From positions 56,246-120,245 of the forward strand of contig DAIOUV010000005.1 of assembly GCA_036759345.1 (NCBI GenBank): a stretch of 64,000 nucleotides of DNA, read 5' to 3'. Below, piece by piece: positions 28,656 through 38,237 of the stretch (within the stretch, counting starts at the first letter, position 1; every line of letters begins with the position of its first letter). Origin of the DNA: Acidobacteriota bacterium. Its GTDB lineage: Bacteria; Acidobacteriota; Thermoanaerobaculia; UBA5066. The position numbers and the translations under genes were made by a program. The notes beneath the pieces are model-generated. The model did not search any database and had not been told where the DNA came from. It saw nothing but the letters and a program-made list of their open reading frames with translations.

Positions 28656-29681
28656 GTGACCGACGCCGCCCCCGAAAGTGACCTCCTCGACCAGATCGAG
28701 CGGGGCGAAGCCGCGGCGCAAATTCTCGATTTCGCGGCGCGGGGGATGGTCCCCCTGCCCCCCGAAGAGCTGGTCCGCGCGATCGCCAGCATCATGGCGT
28801 CGGGCGACGTCCGCCTGGCCGCCATCGCGGCGGAGTCCTTCAAAAAATTCGACGCAGGGTCGCTGAAGAGCGCTGTTCTGAGCCCGGGGGTTCGGGCCGA
28901 GCAGCTCGCCGCCGTGGCGCAGCACACGGAGGACGCGTCTGTGTTGGAACCCCTCATACGGCACAAAGCCGTTTCGAACGAGACTCTGGCCTGGCTCGCC
29001 GAACGCGTGGACGCTCCGCTCCAGGACATCATCGTCACGAACCAGACGCGGCTGCTCGCGGCTCCGGTCATCGTCGAACGACTCTTCGAGAACCCGAAGC
29101 TCTCGCCCGAGATCCGGCGCCGGGCGGACGAGTTTCTCGAGGAGTTCTTCCTCAAGCAGGAGCGCGAGCGGGACGCCGCCGGGGAAACGGAGGAAGCGGT
29201 CGAGGCGGAAGGCCCGGCGGCGCCGGGCCCGGCAGCGGAAGTGGACGAGGCGGGGCTCACCGAGGCCGCCAAGCGGAGCCTCTTCGCGCGGGTCGCGACG
29301 ATGACCGTCGTCCAGAGGATTCACCTCGCCTACCGCGGCAACAAGGAGGAGCGGATGTTCCTCGTGCAGGACCGCAACCGGCTCGTCTCGGCCGCGGTCC
29401 TGAAGTCTCCGAGGACCCGGGATGGCGACGCCGAAACCGTCGCGAACATGAAAAGCGTCTCGGAGGACGTTCTCCGGGGCATCACGTTCCGGCGCGACTG
29501 GATGCGCCACTACGGGATCATGCGGAACATCGTGAAGAACCCGAGATCGCCGATCGACGTCACGCTTGCGCTCGTCATTCGCCTCAATGCGAAGGACCAG
29601 AAGACTCTCGCGGGCGACCGAAACGTCCCCGAGGCCGTCCGGGCCTTCGCGCGCCGCGAGGTCTCCCGCCGGGAGACGTGA
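28656..29681 (+). CDS. Hypothetical protein
   Basis: 341-aa ORF with good GC3 bias, acidic helical protein; stop overlaps start of next gene (ATGA). Confidence 0.5.
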   Translation: MTDAAPESDLLDQIERGEAAAQILDFAARGMVPLPPEELVRAIASIMASGDVRLAAIAAESFKKFDAGSLKSAVLSPGVRAEQLAAVAQHTEDASVLEPLIRHKAVSNETLAWLAERVDAPLQDIIVTNQTRLLAAPVIVERLFENPKLSPEIRRRADEFLEEFFLKQERERDAAGETEEAVEAEGPAAPGPAAEVDEAGLTEAAKRSLFARVATMTVVQRIHLAYRGNKEERMFLVQDRNRLVSAAVLKSPRTRDGDAETVANMKSVSEDVLRGITFRRDWMRHYGIMRNIVKNPRSPIDVTLALVIRLNAKDQKTLAGDRNVPEAVRAFARREVSRRET

Positions 29682-30433
29682 TCCGGCTCACGGATTGTTT
29701 GAAATGGGGCCCCCGGTGTGAGAATCTGAAGCGTGCCGATAATGATCGTGCGGGCGGGGCGCCCCTCGAGGTTTCGTTGACGAGTTACTACGACGTGCTC
29801 GGGATTCCTCGCGACTCTTCCGAGTCGGAAGTCCGCGTGAAGTTTCGGCTCCTGGCCCGCGAGGGCCACCCCGACCGTTTCCGGGACATTGCCGAAAAGA
29901 AGGCCGCCGAGGAGCGCTTCCAGCTTCTGACGGAGGCGATGAACGTCCTCACGAATCCGGCGCGGCGCAAGGCCCACGACCTCGAGCTCGAGAAGAACCG
30001 CCCCCTGTCCCAGGATCCGGCGGCGCTCGCGCGCCTCTATCTCGCGAAGGGGGTCAAGGCCTATCGCGAGGGCAATTTTCCGAATGCCATCACGCAGTTC
30101 GACCTCGCCGTCAAGCATTACGACAAGGACGCAAAGGCGTTCCACTATCTCGCGCTCGCCTGTATGAAGGTCGTCGGACAGGTGCGCCGGGGCGTCGATG
30201 CCATCGAGGCGGCGATCAGGCTCGACGGCAACAACGCCCTCTTCCATCGCGACGCCGGCAAGCTCTTCATCCTGGCCGGACTGAATTCGAAAGCCGAGCG
30301 TCACCTCGAGCAGGCCCTCTCGTGGCTTCCCGAGGACGCCGAGACCCTGAAGCTTCTTCAGGACGTGCGCCCGAAAAAGGGGCCTAGTGGGGAACGCAAG
30401 ACTCCGAGCGGCATCTTCGGGCGGAAGGGATAA
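29678..30433 (+). CDS. J-domain protein with TPR repeats
   Basis: YYDVLGIPRDSSESEVRVKFRLLAREGHPDRF (J-domain HPD motif) followed by TPR-like helices (…LARLYLAKGVKAYREGNFPNAITQFDLAVK…). Confidence 0.7.
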   Translation: MIRLTDCLKWGPRCENLKRADNDRAGGAPLEVSLTSYYDVLGIPRDSSESEVRVKFRLLAREGHPDRFRDIAEKKAAEERFQLLTEAMNVLTNPARRKAHDLELEKNRPLSQDPAALARLYLAKGVKAYREGNFPNAITQFDLAVKHYDKDAKAFHYLALACMKVVGQVRRGVDAIEAAIRLDGNNALFHRDAGKLFILAGLNSKAERHLEQALSWLPEDAETLKLLQDVRPKKGPSGERKTPSGIFGRKG

Positions 30434-30440
30434 TCGCGGC

Positions 30441-31340
30441 GTGAGCGTCTCTGCATTCGGACTCACCGACGTCGGCCATAAGAGGCGACACAACGAGGAT
30501 GCGTACCTCCTCGACGCCGAGCGCGGCCTTTTCGTCGTCGCCGACGGCATGGGGGGCCACGCGGCCGGCGAGGTCGCCTCGCGGATCACCGTCGAGGCGA
30601 TCCAGGAGTACATCGCCGCCACCGAGGAGGAGCACGAGAGCTCGTGGCCCTTCGGCTTCAACAGCCGGGTGTCCGTCGAGGGAAACCGGCTGACGACGGC
30701 GGTCGAAAAGGCGAACGAGAAGGTCATGCGCGCCGTGCAGAACAAGCCCGAGCTGAAGGGTATGGGCACGACGGTCGTGGCGGCGCTCTTCGACGCCGAT
30801 CGCGCCACGCTCGTCCACGTCGGCGACAGCCGCGCCTATCTTTTTCGCGACGGGGAGCTGCGGCGCCTGACGGACGATCATTCCTGGGTTCAGGAGCAGG
30901 TCAACGCCGGCATCCTCAGCGAGGACGAGGCGAAGAGCCACCCGCTCAAGAACGTCGTGACGCGCGCGCTCGGCGGCGCGGCACACGTCTCGATCGATCT
31001 CATCGAGGTTCCCGTGCGTCCGGGCGACCGGTTCCTGCTCTGCTCCGACGGCCTGACGGGCATGGTTCCCGACGAGGATCTCTTCGCCCACTTCCGCTCC
31101 GACGGGCTCATCGAGAAGACGGTGCGTCAACTGATCGACACGGCGAACGACCGCGGGGGCGTGGACAACATCACGGCGATCGTCGTCGAGGTCCTGGGCG
31201 ACGCCGCGGGCAAGGACGAAGGCTCCGCCGGCACCGAGTCGATCCGGCGGCCCACCCCCACGTCCGGGGAGAGCACGGCCGTCAATCTCGAGCCGCCGGG
31301 AATGCCGCCCCACGATTTCGGCTCCGAGCCGAAGAGCTGA
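30441..31340 (+). CDS. PP2C-family Ser/Thr protein phosphatase
   Basis: GTG start after GGAAGGGA RBS: VSVSAFGLTDVGHKRRHNEDAY…VADGMGGHAAGEVAS…DGLTGMV… PP2C metal-binding Asp motifs. Confidence 0.8.
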   Translation: MSVSAFGLTDVGHKRRHNEDAYLLDAERGLFVVADGMGGHAAGEVASRITVEAIQEYIAATEEEHESSWPFGFNSRVSVEGNRLTTAVEKANEKVMRAVQNKPELKGMGTTVVAALFDADRATLVHVGDSRAYLFRDGELRRLTDDHSWVQEQVNAGILSEDEAKSHPLKNVVTRALGGAAHVSIDLIEVPVRPGDRFLLCSDGLTGMVPDEDLFAHFRSDGLIEKTVRQLIDTANDRGGVDNITAIVVEVLGDAAGKDEGSAGTESIRRPTPTSGESTAVNLEPPGMPPHDFGSEPKS

Positions 31341-33828
31341 TGCCCGTCTCCGGGCGCTGATCGCTCGCGTCGTCGCCGTTCCGCACGGGAAGCTCGCCGG
31401 TCTTCACACGAGCGAAGAATTCCTTCGTGGCCTGGCCGATCTCGATGCAGGCGAGCTCGCTGGGGTCGTCGAGGTACCAGTCGGCCGGCAGGTAGCGGCT
31501 GTAGGGCTCCTGGAGGAAACGGCGGCAGGCCAGGACGACGACGCCGGTATCGGTCCCGGACCGGATGAGGCGTCCCGCGCTCTGGACGACGCGCGTCATG
31601 CCGGGAATGACGTAGGCGTACTCGAACCCGCGCTCGAACCGTTCCTCGAAGTAGCGGCGCATGCGCTCCTGCTCGAAACGGACCATCGGCAGGGCGGGCG
31701 AGACCACGACGACGGCCTGGAGCATTTCGCCGGGATAGTCCACGCCCTCGGCGAAGGCTCCTCCGGAGACGGCGAAGACGAGCACGGGGGCGCCGCCGTC
31801 GCGCATGGCCGCGAGAACCGAATTCCGCTCCAGCTCGGTCGAGCGGTCGGAGGGACGAAGCACGCGGCGGCCCGGGAGCGCGGGCAGGTGGGCGCGCACC
31901 TCGTCGAGAAACCGGTACGACGGAAACAGGGCGAGCACGTTGCCTGGGCACGCCCGCGCCACGTCCGCGACGAGCGCCGCGAGGCGCGGGGCGCCGCGCC
32001 CGCGCGCCGCGTACGTCGTATCGATGTCCGGGGCGATGAAGACGGAACGGTTCTCCCGCGGGAAGGGCGAGGGCAGGCGGAGCACCGTCGTGCGGTCGGG
32101 ATCCAGCCCGAGGAGGTCGCGGTAGAACTCCGGCGGGGAGAGCGTCGCCGACATCGAGACCGTCGCGGCGGCCGCGTTCAGCGTCTCGCCGAGGAGCTTC
32201 GACGGGTCCTTGCAGAGGATCGCGAGGCGCGCGCCGCTCCTTCCGCGCGCCGCGAGGACGTCGAAGGCGGGATCGGGCCGCCCCTCCGCGGGCTGCGCCC
32301 GCTTGCTCACGTCGTGGAAGCGCGCGAACGTGAAGTAGAGGTCGAGGACGGGATCGTCGGGCACCCGTTCGCCTCCGGCGCGCAGGTCCGCGAGGTGGCG
32401 CACGAGAAGCGACTCGAAGTCGAGCCGCAGGTCGTCGAGGCGTGCCTCGTCCAGCGTCACGAGGTCCACGGGCTCACTCTCCTCGTCCGAGAGGCCGGCG
32501 GCGGCGTCGGCGACGAGCCTGCGCAGGCGGCGCGCGGCCTCGCCCGCGTCCCACGCGGTCTTCGCGTTCGAGACGCCGATCCGCTTCTCGAGCGCCTGAA
32601 GCGCGGCGTCGGAAAGTTCGGGCGAGTAGTACCCGCGTCCGCGTTCCACGAGGTTGTGCGCCTCGTCCACGAGGAGGAACGATTGCGAAAGAACCGACGG
32701 GTCGCGCGCCCCCGCGAGCGCGACGACCGGGTCGAAAACGTAGTTGTAGTCGCCGATGACTACGTCCGCCTCTTCCGCGAGCTCGAGTGAGACCTCGAAG
32801 GGGCAGACGACTTCGTTGCGCGCCTCTTCGAAGATCGTGTCCGGGTCGAGGTGACGGTGGCTCTCGAGGAGCCGCTCGCGGAGGCCCGAGGCCTCCATCT
32901 TGGCGCCATAGTCCTTCGCGTACGCGCAGTGGTTCTCGTGGCAGAGGACGACGTCGTTCGCGCACATGCGCTCTTTCGCGCGGAGGCGCACGGAGCGGAA
33001 CGACTCGCCGTCGATGGCCGCGAGCGTCTTCATGTAGATGTCCTGCTGCGTCGTCTTGGCCGTCAGGACGAAGAGGCGACGGTGGGATTCGAGAGCGCCG
33101 ACGAGGAGGGGAAAGAGGGCGGCGGCGGTCTTTCCGATCCCGGTCGGGGCCTGGGCGAGAAGGTGTTCGCCCTGCGCGGCCGCGCGGGCGGCGGCAGCGG
33201 CCATCTCCCGCTGCCCAGGCCGGAACTGCGCGTGCGGGAAGACGAGCGTCGCGGCCTCGGCGGCCTTCGCCTCGGCGAGAGCTTGCTCTTCGAGGAACGC
33301 CTCGAGGAGGATCCGCGTGCGTCGCACGAGGTCGTCGAGCGTCTTCTCGGGCTCGTGAGGCACGTCGAGGAGCTTCGTCGCGCCCGTCTCGATGTCCGCC
33401 AGAACGAGGCGGCCGTGCACGGGGCGGCCCTCGGCCGCCGCGACCGCCTGCATGTACCAGCGGAGCTGGAGGTGGAAGCGTTCGAGGCGCGGGGATCCCG
33501 GCAGCTTCGCGAGGTCCTCGGCGAAATGCAGCGACTTGACCTCGTCCACGACGACGCGCCCGTCCTCCTCGAAGCGGCCGTCGAGGCGGCCCTCGAGCAC
33601 GGCCGTGAAGTCGTCCACGGCGTACGTCAGGCGAATGGATTTCTCCACCGCGTAACCAGGGACATTCGCGAGGTGCTCGCCGAGCACGCGGCGGTGCACC
33701 GCCTGTCCGATCCAGAGCCGCTCGAATCCCTCGCCCCGGTCGAAGCCGGCCCGCCGCGCGACGCCGCCGAGGAGCGCCCCGGGAGAAAGTGCGATCGTTT
33801 TCTTTTCGAGATCAACCGTGAGCGCCAC
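31282..33828 (-). CDS. DinG/XPD-family Fe-S DNA helicase fused to N-terminal RecB-family (PD-(D/E)XK) nuclease domain
   Basis: N-terminal ~200 aa has GRLDG…x14…VVVDEVKS and QLRWYMQAV (QxxxY), typical of Cas4/RecB/AddB nuclease motifs II, III and Q. Then Walker A AQAPTGIGKTAA, four-Cys cluster (ERMCANDVVLCHENHCAY…VVCPFE), DEAH box LVDEAHNL and C-terminal helicase motifs. Confidence 0.7.
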   Translation of the reverse strand: MALTVDLEKKTIALSPGALLGGVARRAGFDRGEGFERLWIGQAVHRRVLGEHLANVPGYAVEKSIRLTYAVDDFTAVLEGRLDGRFEEDGRVVVDEVKSLHFAEDLAKLPGSPRLERFHLQLRWYMQAVAAAEGRPVHGRLVLADIETGATKLLDVPHEPEKTLDDLVRRTRILLEAFLEEQALAEAKAAEAATLVFPHAQFRPGQREMAAAAARAAAQGEHLLAQAPTGIGKTAAALFPLLVGALESHRRLFVLTAKTTQQDIYMKTLAAIDGESFRSVRLRAKERMCANDVVLCHENHCAYAKDYGAKMEASGLRERLLESHRHLDPDTIFEEARNEVVCPFEVSLELAEEADVVIGDYNYVFDPVVALAGARDPSVLSQSFLLVDEAHNLVERGRGYYSPELSDAALQALEKRIGVSNAKTAWDAGEAARRLRRLVADAAAGLSDEESEPVDLVTLDEARLDDLRLDFESLLVRHLADLRAGGERVPDDPVLDLYFTFARFHDVSKRAQPAEGRPDPAFDVLAARGRSGARLAILCKDPSKLLGETLNAAAATVSMSATLSPPEFYRDLLGLDPDRTTVLRLPSPFPRENRSVFIAPDIDTTYAARGRGAPRLAALVADVARACPGNVLALFPSYRFLDEVRAHLPALPGRRVLRPSDRSTELERNSVLAAMRDGGAPVLVFAVSGGAFAEGVDYPGEMLQAVVVVSPALPMVRFEQERMRRYFEERFERGFEYAYVIPGMTRVVQSAGRLIRSGTDTGVVVLACRRFLQEPYSRYLPADWYLDDPSELACIEIGQATKEFFARVKTGELPVRNGDDASDQRPETGISSSARSRNRGAAFPAARD

Positions 33829-33887
33829 AACCGATTGTAGGGTCGCCCCCGGTATCCAAGAACGCGTTGTTCAGCTAAAATGCACCG

Positions 33888-35390
33888 ATGTCACGGGTTC
33901 CTCGGCTTCTGGGTGGCGCGGCCGTCGCCTTCGTCCTCTCATGCGCGATGGCCGCTCAAGTCGCGCATGCGGCGAAGAAGTCCGCGAAGCCTGCGCCGCC
34001 CCAGACCCTCGAGCAGCGTCTGAACGCCTTGCTGCGCAAGGGCCCCGTCCGGCGCTCCGAGATCGGCGTCGTCGTCACCCGGATCGGCGAGGCGACGCCC
34101 CTCGTCTCCTTGAACCCCGCCCGGCCGCTCATCCTCGCCTCCACGACGAAGCTCTTCACGACCGCCGCCGCGCTCGATCGTCTCGGGCCCGACTACAAAT
34201 TCAGGACGCGCCTCTATCGCGACGCGAACATCGGGGAGAACGGCGTCCTGCCCGGGCATCTCGTTGTCATGGGAGGCGGTGACCCGGGAATCTCCGGCCG
34301 CTGGTACGACGACGATCCGCTCGCCGTCTTCCGGCCGTGGGCGGCCTCACTCGCGAAAAAGGGCCTCCGCAGTGTCCGGGACGGGCTGCTTCTGGACGTG
34401 TCGTTTTTCGACGACGTCCAGTCTCATCCCGATTGGCCCAGCGAGCAGGAGCAGCGGTGGTACCAGGCGCCCGTTTCGGCGCTGTCCTACAACGACAACA
34501 TCGTGCTCGTGCGCGCCTCGGGAGGCCTTCGGCCCGGAAGCCCGGCGCTGCTCGGCTTCGACCCGCTCGGGCCGCCCCTCCTGAACCTCATCTCGAACGT
34601 CGTCACCGCCGCGCAAAGGACGTGGGTCGGAGTGCGCCGCGAGGCCGGCAGCCACACGGTCGTGGCGGCGGGACGCGTGGGCCGGAACCGGACGTGGGTC
34701 GGCGACGTGACCGTGCCCGACCCGCCCCTTTATTTCGCGGCGGCCCTTTCGCAGGTCCTGCGCGAAGGCGGCATTCGCGTCGATGCCCCGCCGACCGTGA
34801 AGACCGAGCCCGCGGCCGTGCCTCCTGCGTTTTCGGGGCGCGTGCTCCTGCACACACACGAGACGCCCCTCCTGTCCGCGCTCACCGTGTGCAACAAGCG
34901 CTCGCAGTCCTTCTTCGCCGAGGAGATCCTGAAGACGCTCGGCGCCGAGAAGCGCGGCCGCGGCACGTGGGAGAACGGGAGGGCCGAGGTCGCCGCGTTC
35001 CTCTCCTCGCTCGGGCTCGACGCCTCGCGCTATCAGCTCGTTGACGGATCGGGGCGCGCCCGCACGAATCGCGCCTCCGCGGCGGCATACGTGGATTTCC
35101 TCACGGCGCTCGCCACGCGCTGGAAGCACTTCGAGGCCTTCAAGGGGACGCTCGCCGTTGCCGCGGAACCCGACGGAACGCTTCGCCACCGCCTGCAGGG
35201 GGACGCCACGGCCGGGAAGGTATGGGCGAAGACGGGCTACGTCGACGGCGTCGTGACCCTGTGCGGGTACGTGCAGGCGCAGAGCGGGCAAACCTATGCC
35301 TTCAGCATCCTCCTGAACGGCGGCTGCGAGGATTCGCGCGGCCATGCCTTCCAGGACCGCTTCGTGAACGAACTGGCGAGGTTCGGTTAA
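33888..35390 (+). CDS. dacB: D-alanyl-D-alanine carboxypeptidase/endopeptidase (PBP4, peptidase S13)
   Basis: Signal peptide, ASTTKLFTTAAAL (SxxK), …SYNDN…, KTG-like motif (AKTGYVDGV). Confidence 0.8.
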   Translation: MSRVPRLLGGAAVAFVLSCAMAAQVAHAAKKSAKPAPPQTLEQRLNALLRKGPVRRSEIGVVVTRIGEATPLVSLNPARPLILASTTKLFTTAAALDRLGPDYKFRTRLYRDANIGENGVLPGHLVVMGGGDPGISGRWYDDDPLAVFRPWAASLAKKGLRSVRDGLLLDVSFFDDVQSHPDWPSEQEQRWYQAPVSALSYNDNIVLVRASGGLRPGSPALLGFDPLGPPLLNLISNVVTAAQRTWVGVRREAGSHTVVAAGRVGRNRTWVGDVTVPDPPLYFAAALSQVLREGGIRVDAPPTVKTEPAAVPPAFSGRVLLHTHETPLLSALTVCNKRSQSFFAEEILKTLGAEKRGRGTWENGRAEVAAFLSSLGLDASRYQLVDGSGRARTNRASAAAYVDFLTALATRWKHFEAFKGTLAVAAEPDGTLRHRLQGDATAGKVWAKTGYVDGVVTLCGYVQAQSGQTYAFSILLNGGCEDSRGHAFQDRFVNELARFG

Positions 35391-35418
35391 CCGGGATTCA
35401 GCCGGTTACACTGGGCCG

Positions 35419-36684
35419 ATGGACTATCGCCTCCTCCTGAAGAACGTCGAGAAGACCCTCGAAGCCATCGAGGGTGGCGAGGACGTGCTCGTCACGATCG
35501 TGAGCGTGGGAGAGGCGATCGTCCGGAACTTCCGGAGCGAGCTCGGGATCCTGGGCGGGCGGCTCTATGTGCGGCGGGAGAACCAGTACGTCCTCGAGCG
35601 GGGCTTCGGCCGTTCGCGCCGCGTCCAGACCGGCATCTCCGTTTCCGCCGAGTACGGCCCCATCCGGCGGGCGGAAGAGGACGGGATGGCGCTCGCCGAT
35701 CTCGACGATCCGTCCGTGGACCGGGAGCTCGAGAAGAGCCTCGGCGTTTCGCGCTTCGCCGCGGTCTCCTTCGGCGAGGAACGCTATCTCCTCTCCTTCG
35801 ACGTCCATCCGAAGGCCCGTGAAGAGGACCTCCTCCTCGCGCTCGGCATCATCCGGACCGTCGTCGACTCGAAGGTGCGCACGGAGCGCCTCGAGGGCCT
35901 TCTGCAGGACGCCCGGCGCATCCAGCAGTCGATCCTTCCGCGCGCGATTCCGCAGGTGGGCGACTTCGAGCTCTACGGGCTGTCGGTTCCGGCCGAGGCG
36001 GTCGGCGGGGACTTCTACGATTTCATCCCGCTCGGCGACCTCAGCTTTGGCGCGGCCATTGCGGATGCGTCGGGCCACGGACTTCTCGCGGCGCTCCTCG
36101 TGCGCGATATCTACGTCGGCCTCCGGATGGGGATCGGAAACGACTTCAAGATCGCCCGCACGATCGAGCGGCTGAACCGCATCCTGAACAAGAGCCGCCT
36201 CACGACGAAGTTCGTCTCCCTCTTCTATGGCGAGTTCGAGACGAACGGCGACGTCGTCTACGTGAACGCCGGGCACCCGTCACCGCTTCACCTGCATGCC
36301 GCGACGGGCGCGTTCAGCGAGCTCGCGTCGACGGGAATGGTCCTCGGCCCCGCGCCCGACGCCGTCTACAGCCGGCGGGCGGCGCACATGGAGCCGGGCG
36401 ACCTGATGCTCCTCTACACGGACGGCGTCGTCGAGGCGCACGATTCGAAGGACCGCGAGTTCGGGATGCCGCGGCTGAAGCGTTTGCTCGTCGAGGCGCG
36501 GCGCGAATCGGCGCGCGAGGTCGTGCAGCGCGTGGTCAACGCGGCGCGCTCCTGGTCGCACGGAGCCCCCGTGGAGGACGACATGACGGCCGTCGCGATC
36601 CGGCGCGTGCCGCAGCGCGCCGGCGCACCTTCGCGCGTCAGGCCCGAGACGATGCCTCACGGAACCAAGCCGCGGTCCGGCTGA
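35419..36684 (+). CDS. SpoIIE/RsbU-type PP2C phosphatase with N-terminal GAF-like sensor
   Basis: …GDFYDFIPLGDLSFGAAIADASGHGLLAALLVRD…YTDGVVEA… SpoIIE phosphatase signature. Confidence 0.75.
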   Translation: MDYRLLLKNVEKTLEAIEGGEDVLVTIVSVGEAIVRNFRSELGILGGRLYVRRENQYVLERGFGRSRRVQTGISVSAEYGPIRRAEEDGMALADLDDPSVDRELEKSLGVSRFAAVSFGEERYLLSFDVHPKAREEDLLLALGIIRTVVDSKVRTERLEGLLQDARRIQQSILPRAIPQVGDFELYGLSVPAEAVGGDFYDFIPLGDLSFGAAIADASGHGLLAALLVRDIYVGLRMGIGNDFKIARTIERLNRILNKSRLTTKFVSLFYGEFETNGDVVYVNAGHPSPLHLHAATGAFSELASTGMVLGPAPDAVYSRRAAHMEPGDLMLLYTDGVVEAHDSKDREFGMPRLKRLLVEARRESAREVVQRVVNAARSWSHGAPVEDDMTAVAIRRVPQRAGAPSRVRPETMPHGTKPRSG

Positions 36685-37582
36685 GGCCGTCCGGAAGCGG
36701 TACGAGGCCGGTCAGGCCGAGGACGGTGCGGCTCTTCGTCACGTCGAGAACGCTTCGCCTCTGCTCGCCGGGCTTCGCCGGCCCGCGCACCGCGGGCTGG
36801 GACGCCCCGCACGCGGCGGCGACGAGCTCGTAGAGACGGTTCACGGACGTCTCGACGCCGTTCCCGATGTTGACGACGCCGCCCAACCGGCGCGACACGG
36901 CGGCGAGATTGGCGCGCACGACGTCGCCCACGAAGACGAAGTCACGGGACTGCGTGCCGTCGCCGTTGATGAGGCATTCCTCGCCCGCGAGAAGCTTCTT
37001 CATCCAGATGCCGATGACGCCGGCCTCGCCCCGCCCGTCCTGGCGCGGGCCGTAGACATTCGCGTAGCGGAGGGCCGTCACGAGAAGGGGGGTGCCGTGC
37101 GCGAGACCGAAGAGGTACTTCTCGCCGGCCAGCTTCGCGACGCCATAGGGGGACACCGGATTCGTCGCGTGGCTCTCGTCGGCGGCGAAGCCCTCGGGGT
37201 CGCCGTAAATCGCACCGCCGCTGGACGCGAAGACGATCTGCCTCACACCCGCCTCGAGCGCGGCCTTTGCGATGCGGATCGTGCCGAGGACGTTTACCTC
37301 CGCGTCGAAGACGGGATTCTCGACCGACTTGCGCACGTCGATCTGCGCGGCATGGTGGACGATCGTGTCGATTTTCTCGGCCTTGAGGAGTGCCGCGACG
37401 TCGAAGTTCCGGATGTCGCCTTCCACGAATCGGGCACGGCCGGGGAGACGCGACGCGTGGCCCGTCGAGAGGTCGTCGAGGATGACGACCCGTTTGCCGT
37501 CGGCCAGGAAGGCGTCGGCGAGATGGGAGCCGATGAAACCGGCCCCGCCGGTGACGAGAACGGAACGCGTCTCGGGCATCAT
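36638..37582 (-). CDS. NAD-dependent epimerase/dehydratase (UDP-glucose 4-epimerase family)
   Basis: VLVTGGAGFIGSHL Rossmann motif, YxxxK region; start codon overlaps the divergent mpg start (CATG). Confidence 0.8.
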   Translation of the reverse strand: MMPETRSVLVTGGAGFIGSHLADAFLADGKRVVILDDLSTGHASRLPGRARFVEGDIRNFDVAALLKAEKIDTIVHHAAQIDVRKSVENPVFDAEVNVLGTIRIAKAALEAGVRQIVFASSGGAIYGDPEGFAADESHATNPVSPYGVAKLAGEKYLFGLAHGTPLLVTALRYANVYGPRQDGRGEAGVIGIWMKKLLAGEECLINGDGTQSRDFVFVGDVVRANLAAVSRRLGGVVNIGNGVETSVNRLYELVAAACGASQPAVRGPAKPGEQRRSVLDVTKSRTVLGLTGLVPLPDGLSRTAAWFREASSRA

Positions 37583-38237
37583 GCCTCGAGAGGATAGCGT
37601 GCCCTGCCGCCGACCGCTCCCCGCCTCCTTCTATCGCCGCGACACCGAAGTCGTCGCGCGCGATTTGCTGGGCTGCCGGCTCACCCGGCGGCTGCCGGAC
37701 GGGAGCACGCGGTCCGTGATCCTGGTCGAGACGGAGGCCTACCTCGGCGTGAAGGACCGCGCGGCGCACACGTGGAACGGCCGCCGCACCGCCCGCGTCG
37801 AGCCCATGTGGGGGGAAGGCGGCTACGCCTACGTCTACTTCGTCTACGGGATGCACTTCTGCCTGAACGTCGTGACACGGCGGGCGGGCGTGCCGGAGGC
37901 CGTGCTGCTCAGGGCGGGGGTTCCCGAGGAGCTGTGGAGCGAATCGCGCCGGGCCCCCTCTTTACCTTCTAAGAAAATTCCCGGTTTTCTCCTCGCTGCC
38001 GGCCCCGCGAAGCTCTGCGAGTACCTTCATGTCACGAAGGAGCTGACCGGAATTTCTCTTTCCGGCCCGGAGCTCATTCTGTCCCGCGGTCCGCGCGCGC
38101 GATTCGACGTGCTTACCGGGTCGCGCGTCGGCGTGGACTACGCGGGAGAGACCGCGGCCTGGCCGCTGCGCTTTGCGGTGGCGGACTGTCCGGCGGTGAC
38201 GTGGCGCCGCCGGTTGCTTATTCCTACAGCGTCTTGA
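37581..38237 (+). CDS. mpg: DNA-3-methyladenine glycosylase (AAG/Mpg family)
   Basis: …LPASFYRRDTEVVARDLLGCRL…VILVETEAYLG…DRAAHTWNGRRTAR…GGYAYVYFVYGMHFCLNVV…. Confidence 0.75.
   Translation: MPREDSVPCRRPLPASFYRRDTEVVARDLLGCRLTRRLPDGSTRSVILVETEAYLGVKDRAAHTWNGRRTARVEPMWGEGGYAYVYFVYGMHFCLNVVTRRAGVPEAVLLRAGVPEELWSESRRAPSLPSKKIPGFLLAAGPAKLCEYLHVTKELTGISLSGPELILSRGPRARFDVLTGSRVGVDYAGETAAWPLRFAVADCPAVTWRRRLLIPTAS
37956..37984 (-). repeat. AT-rich dispersed motif copy G (reverse) inside mpg
   Basis: CCCTCTTTACCTTCTAAGAAAATTCCCGG; shares CCTTCTAAGAAAAT core with copy C and CCTCTT tail with copy F. Confidence 0.65.
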
